The translations under genes were made by a program, and so were the position numbers. From positions 2,984,254-3,022,174 of the forward strand of contig NC_069002.1 in the NCBI RefSeq assembly GCF_001194135.2: a stretch of DNA of 37,921 bases. The letters run 5' to 3'. This DNA is from Octopus bimaculoides (taxonomy: Eukaryota). Below the pieces are notes generated by a model, which was not told the origin of the DNA, did not search any database, and saw nothing but the letters and a program-made list of their open reading frames with translations. Positions 34,975-37,921 of the stretch are shown here, one piece after another; position 1 is the stretch's first letter, and every line of letters begins with the position of its first letter.

Positions 34975-35050
34975 TAAGTTCTGAGTTCAAATCCCATCGA
35001 GGCCAAACTTATTTTTCGTCGTTTCGTGACCGATCAAATAAATGTGATTG
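34975..35050 (+). mobile_element. Degraded SINE family C fragment
   Basis: GTTCTGAGTTCAAATCCCATCGAGGCCAAAC...TTTCGTGACCGATCAAATAAA. Confidence 0.6.
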
Positions 35051-35096
35051 AGAGCATTGATTAGTGCCATCAACATCCCAGTTATTATCATTATTA

Positions 35097-35154
<58 letters not shown>

Positions 35155-35155
35155 A

Positions 35156-35355
35156 GGCGGTGAGCTGGCAGAATCGTAAGAACGCTGGACGAAATGCTTA
35201 GCGGTGTTTCGCCCGTTGCTACATTCTGAGTCGAGGTCGACTTTGCCTTTCATCCTTTCGGAGTCGATAAAATAATTACCAGTTGAACACTGGGGTCGAT
35301 GTAATCGACTCACCCCTATCTCCCCCAAGGTACCCTTGTGGCAAAAATTTGAAAT
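35156..35355 (+). mobile_element. SINE family C, full length, embedded in (ATT)n
   Basis: GGCGGTGAGCTGGCAGAATCG...GAAATGCTTAGCGG...GAGGTCGACTTTGCCTTTCATCCTTTCGGAGTCGATAAAATAATTACCAG...CTGGGGTCGATGTAATCGACT...CCTTGTGGCAAAAATTTGAAA. (ATT)n lies on both sides (35085-35150 and 35356-35592). Confidence 0.9.
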
Positions 35356-35357
35356 TA

Positions 35358-35394
<37 letters not shown>

Positions 35395-35534
35395 CATTAT
35401 TATTTTTATTTTTATTATCACCACCATTTCTTTTATCATTGTGATTATTATCTCGTCATTGTCATTATTATCATCATCATCATCATTATTATCATTATTA
35501 TTATTATTATCATTATTATTATTATTATTATTAA

Positions 35535-35595
<61 letters not shown>

Positions 35596-36092
35596 GTTTC
35601 AAATTTCAACGTTTATCATGTCATCAGAGATATGCCTTGAGATTTATTGACAACAGACTGTCAAAGACTCTGCGAAGAATTTATTGCTGTTTCACTCTGT
35701 CTCTCAGTATTTTCTCTTTTGTCTTTCTGTTGCTATCGTTGTTGTTGCTGTTGTTGTTGCTGTTGTTGTTGTTCTTGCTGTTCTTGTTGGTGGGGGGGGG
35801 GACGGTGTTGCTGGTCCCAACGCTCCACTGACAACTGAGGTATAATTTCTATTTGCATCACCCAGAATTTTCCTCGATTCTGCAACCAAGTCCAAACAAA
35901 GATTATTCTCGCGTTTTTCTCTTTCACTTGCAACAAAACTAAAGCGATTTGGTGTACAGAGGATATCTCTGATCAAAACATGTATCTGACGGTGATGATA
36001 TATATATGTATATATGTGTGTGTGTGTGTGTTTGTGTGTGTGGGTGTGTGTGTGTATACATACATAATACTTATTTTCACACATATACACAC

Positions 36093-36130
<38 letters not shown>

Positions 36131-37464
36131 TCATATACACATACACACATATATATATACGTATACAAGTATATATATATATATATATATNNNNNNNNNN
36201 NNNNNNNNNNNNNNNNNNNNNNNNNNNNNNNNNNNNNNNNNNNNNNNNNNNNNNNNNNNNNNNNNNNNNNNNNNNNNNNNNNNNNNNNNNNNNNNNNNNN
36301 NNNNNNNNNNNNNNNNNNNNNNNNNNNNNNNNNNNNNNNNNNNNNNNNNNNNNNNNNNNNNNNNNNNNNNNNNNNNNNNNNNNNNNNNNNNNNNNNNNNN
36401 NNNNNNNNNNNNNNNNNNNNNNNNNNNNNNNNNNNNNNNNNNNNNNNNNNNNNNNNNNNNNNNNNNNNNNNNNNNNNNNNNNNNNNNNNNNNNNNNNNNN
36501 NNNNNNNNNNNNNNNNNNNNNNNNNNNNNNNNNNNNNNNNNNNNNNNNNNNNNNNNNNNNNNNNNNNNNNNNNNNNNNNNNNNNNNNNNNNNNNNNNNNN
36601 NNNNNNNNNNNNNNNNNNNNNNNNNNNNNNNNNNNNNNNNNNNNNNNNNNNNNNNNNNNNNNNNNNNNNNNNNNNNNNNNNNNNNNNNNNNNNNNNNNNN
36701 NNNNNNNNNNNNNNNNNNNNNNNNNNNNNNNNNNNNNNNNNNNNNNNNNNNNNNNNNNNNNNNNNNNNNNNNNNNNNNNNNNNNNNNNNNNNNNNNNNNN
36801 NNNNNNNNNNNNNNNNNNNNNNNNNNNNNNNNNNNNNNNNNNNNNNNNNNNNNNNNNNNNNNNNNNNNNNNNNNNNNNNNNNNNNNNNNNNNNNNNNNNN
36901 NNNNNNNNNNNNNNNNNNNNNNNNNNNNNNNNNNNNNNNNNNNNNNNNNNNNNNNNNNNNNNNNNNNNNNNNNNNNNNNNNNNNNNNNNNNNNNNNNNNN
37001 NNNNNNNNNNNNNNNNNNNNNNNNNNNNNNNNNNNNNNNNNNNNNNNNNNNNNNNNNNNNNNNNNNNNNNNNNNNNNNNNNNNNNNNNNNNNNNNNNNNN
37101 NNNNNNNNNNNNNNNNNNNNNNNNNNNNNNNNNNNNNNNNNNNNNNNNNNNNNNNNNNNNNNNNNNNNNNNNNNNNNNATATATATATATATATGCATAT
37201 ATATAAATATATATGCATTATATACATACACAAACATATATATAGATAAATATATATGTATACATATATACAAATACATACATGTATACATATATATAAT
37301 GATAATTAAGTATTTATGCAAGTATGATTGCCTGAATATATGTATGTATGTACACAGACGTGACAGAAGTAAATAGACATCCTATAAAACAATGTTCTAT
37401 GTTTATTTCAACTTGAAAAGGTATATTTTTTCATTGATTGACATTTTTTTATGACTGGTTAATC

Positions 37465-37815
37465 ATGCCATGTACTAAAGAAGCCTTAGAAGTTAGTCCT
37501 TAGAACTTAGTCCGAATTTCAAAGAGGCCGTGTTGTGAGTCAATGTGAAGGTGGACTTCGCCAGCGTAAAATCGCAGAAAACTTTAGGATCCTGCTTTCC
37601 ACAGTTAATAGTGTGATTGTGCTATTCACCAGACAGAGGAAGGAGTCCACATGACCCCGCCCAGATCGACTAGGGACCTCTGACCGGAACCTTCGCTTTG
37701 TGTGGAGGATAATCCTCGTTGGAAGGCCTCTGACATAGCAGAACAAGTTGATGTCAGTCCCTGAACAGCTGTCAGGTATCTCCACAAACTTGGTTACTGT
37801 GGCAGAGTGCACGGT
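37465..37815 (+). mobile_element. Tc1-like transposase N-terminal (HTH) remnant, pseudogenised
   Basis: ATG at 37465 gives MPCTKE, then [58 protein letters not shown], a frameshift, and VEDNPRWKASDIAEQVDVSP*TAVRYLHKLGYCGR. This is a typical Tc1 paired-like HTH plus GRP-like linker; the DDE domain is not seen. Confidence 0.85.
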
Positions 37816-37921
37816 TTCTCTACTCTATCCCAAATTCAATATATAAGGTCTATTGTGCTTACATTTTCTTGAGGTCTTCCCTGGATAGATACACTTACCA
37901 AACATACATTATATATATATA

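Noticed and set aside
1163-35355. tRNA-like A/B-box sequences
   Set aside because: They are SINE heads; no complete cloverleaf or anticodon arm is evident, and each continues into a SINE body.
10849-37376. Long ORFs (200-509 aa) in the ORF track
   Set aside because: They are mostly X residues from N-gaps flanked by (TA)n, (CA)n or (CT)n translations; they are artefacts.
1-37921. CRISPR array, rRNA, prokaryotic operon or viral insert
   Set aside because: There are no regularly spaced repeat-spacer units, no rRNA motifs and no long intact gene-dense ORFs; the composition is eukaryotic and repeat-rich throughout.

Overview
AT-rich, microsatellite-saturated eukaryotic DNA with 9 N-gaps (1336-1473, 10357-10382, 10913-11408, 21279-21678, 25795-26565, 27113-27428, 30163-31131, 31763-32014, 36191-37178), all bordered by simple repeats. 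The SINE families and repeat texture look like an octopus genome; this is my recognition from memory, not a database result. I can identify no intact protein-coding gene, rRNA, true tRNA gene or CRISPR array, and almost all ORFs in the supplied track are microsatellite or gap artefacts. Supportable features are: (i) many copies of several tRNA-derived SINE families; (ii) degraded R4/Dong-like non-LTR retrotransposon fragments (RT YMDD-region at about 14.6 kb, C-terminal region at about 32.4 kb); (iii) three Penelope-like (PLE) fragments, plus two copies of a short PLE-terminus-like repeat with a hammerhead-ribozyme-like core; (iv) a Tc1-like transposase N-terminal remnant at the right end; (v) compound microsatellites. 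Several short segments have good splice signals and one or few open frames on each strand, so the window may be intronic sequence with sparse small exons. I could not assign any of them to a known protein, and they are reported as low-confidence candidates. The most interesting leads are the hammerhead-like repeat, a possible SINE/R4-Dong partnership targeting (TAA)n repeats, a chimeric SINE, and a Thr-rich minus-strand terminal-exon candidate missed by the ORF track.
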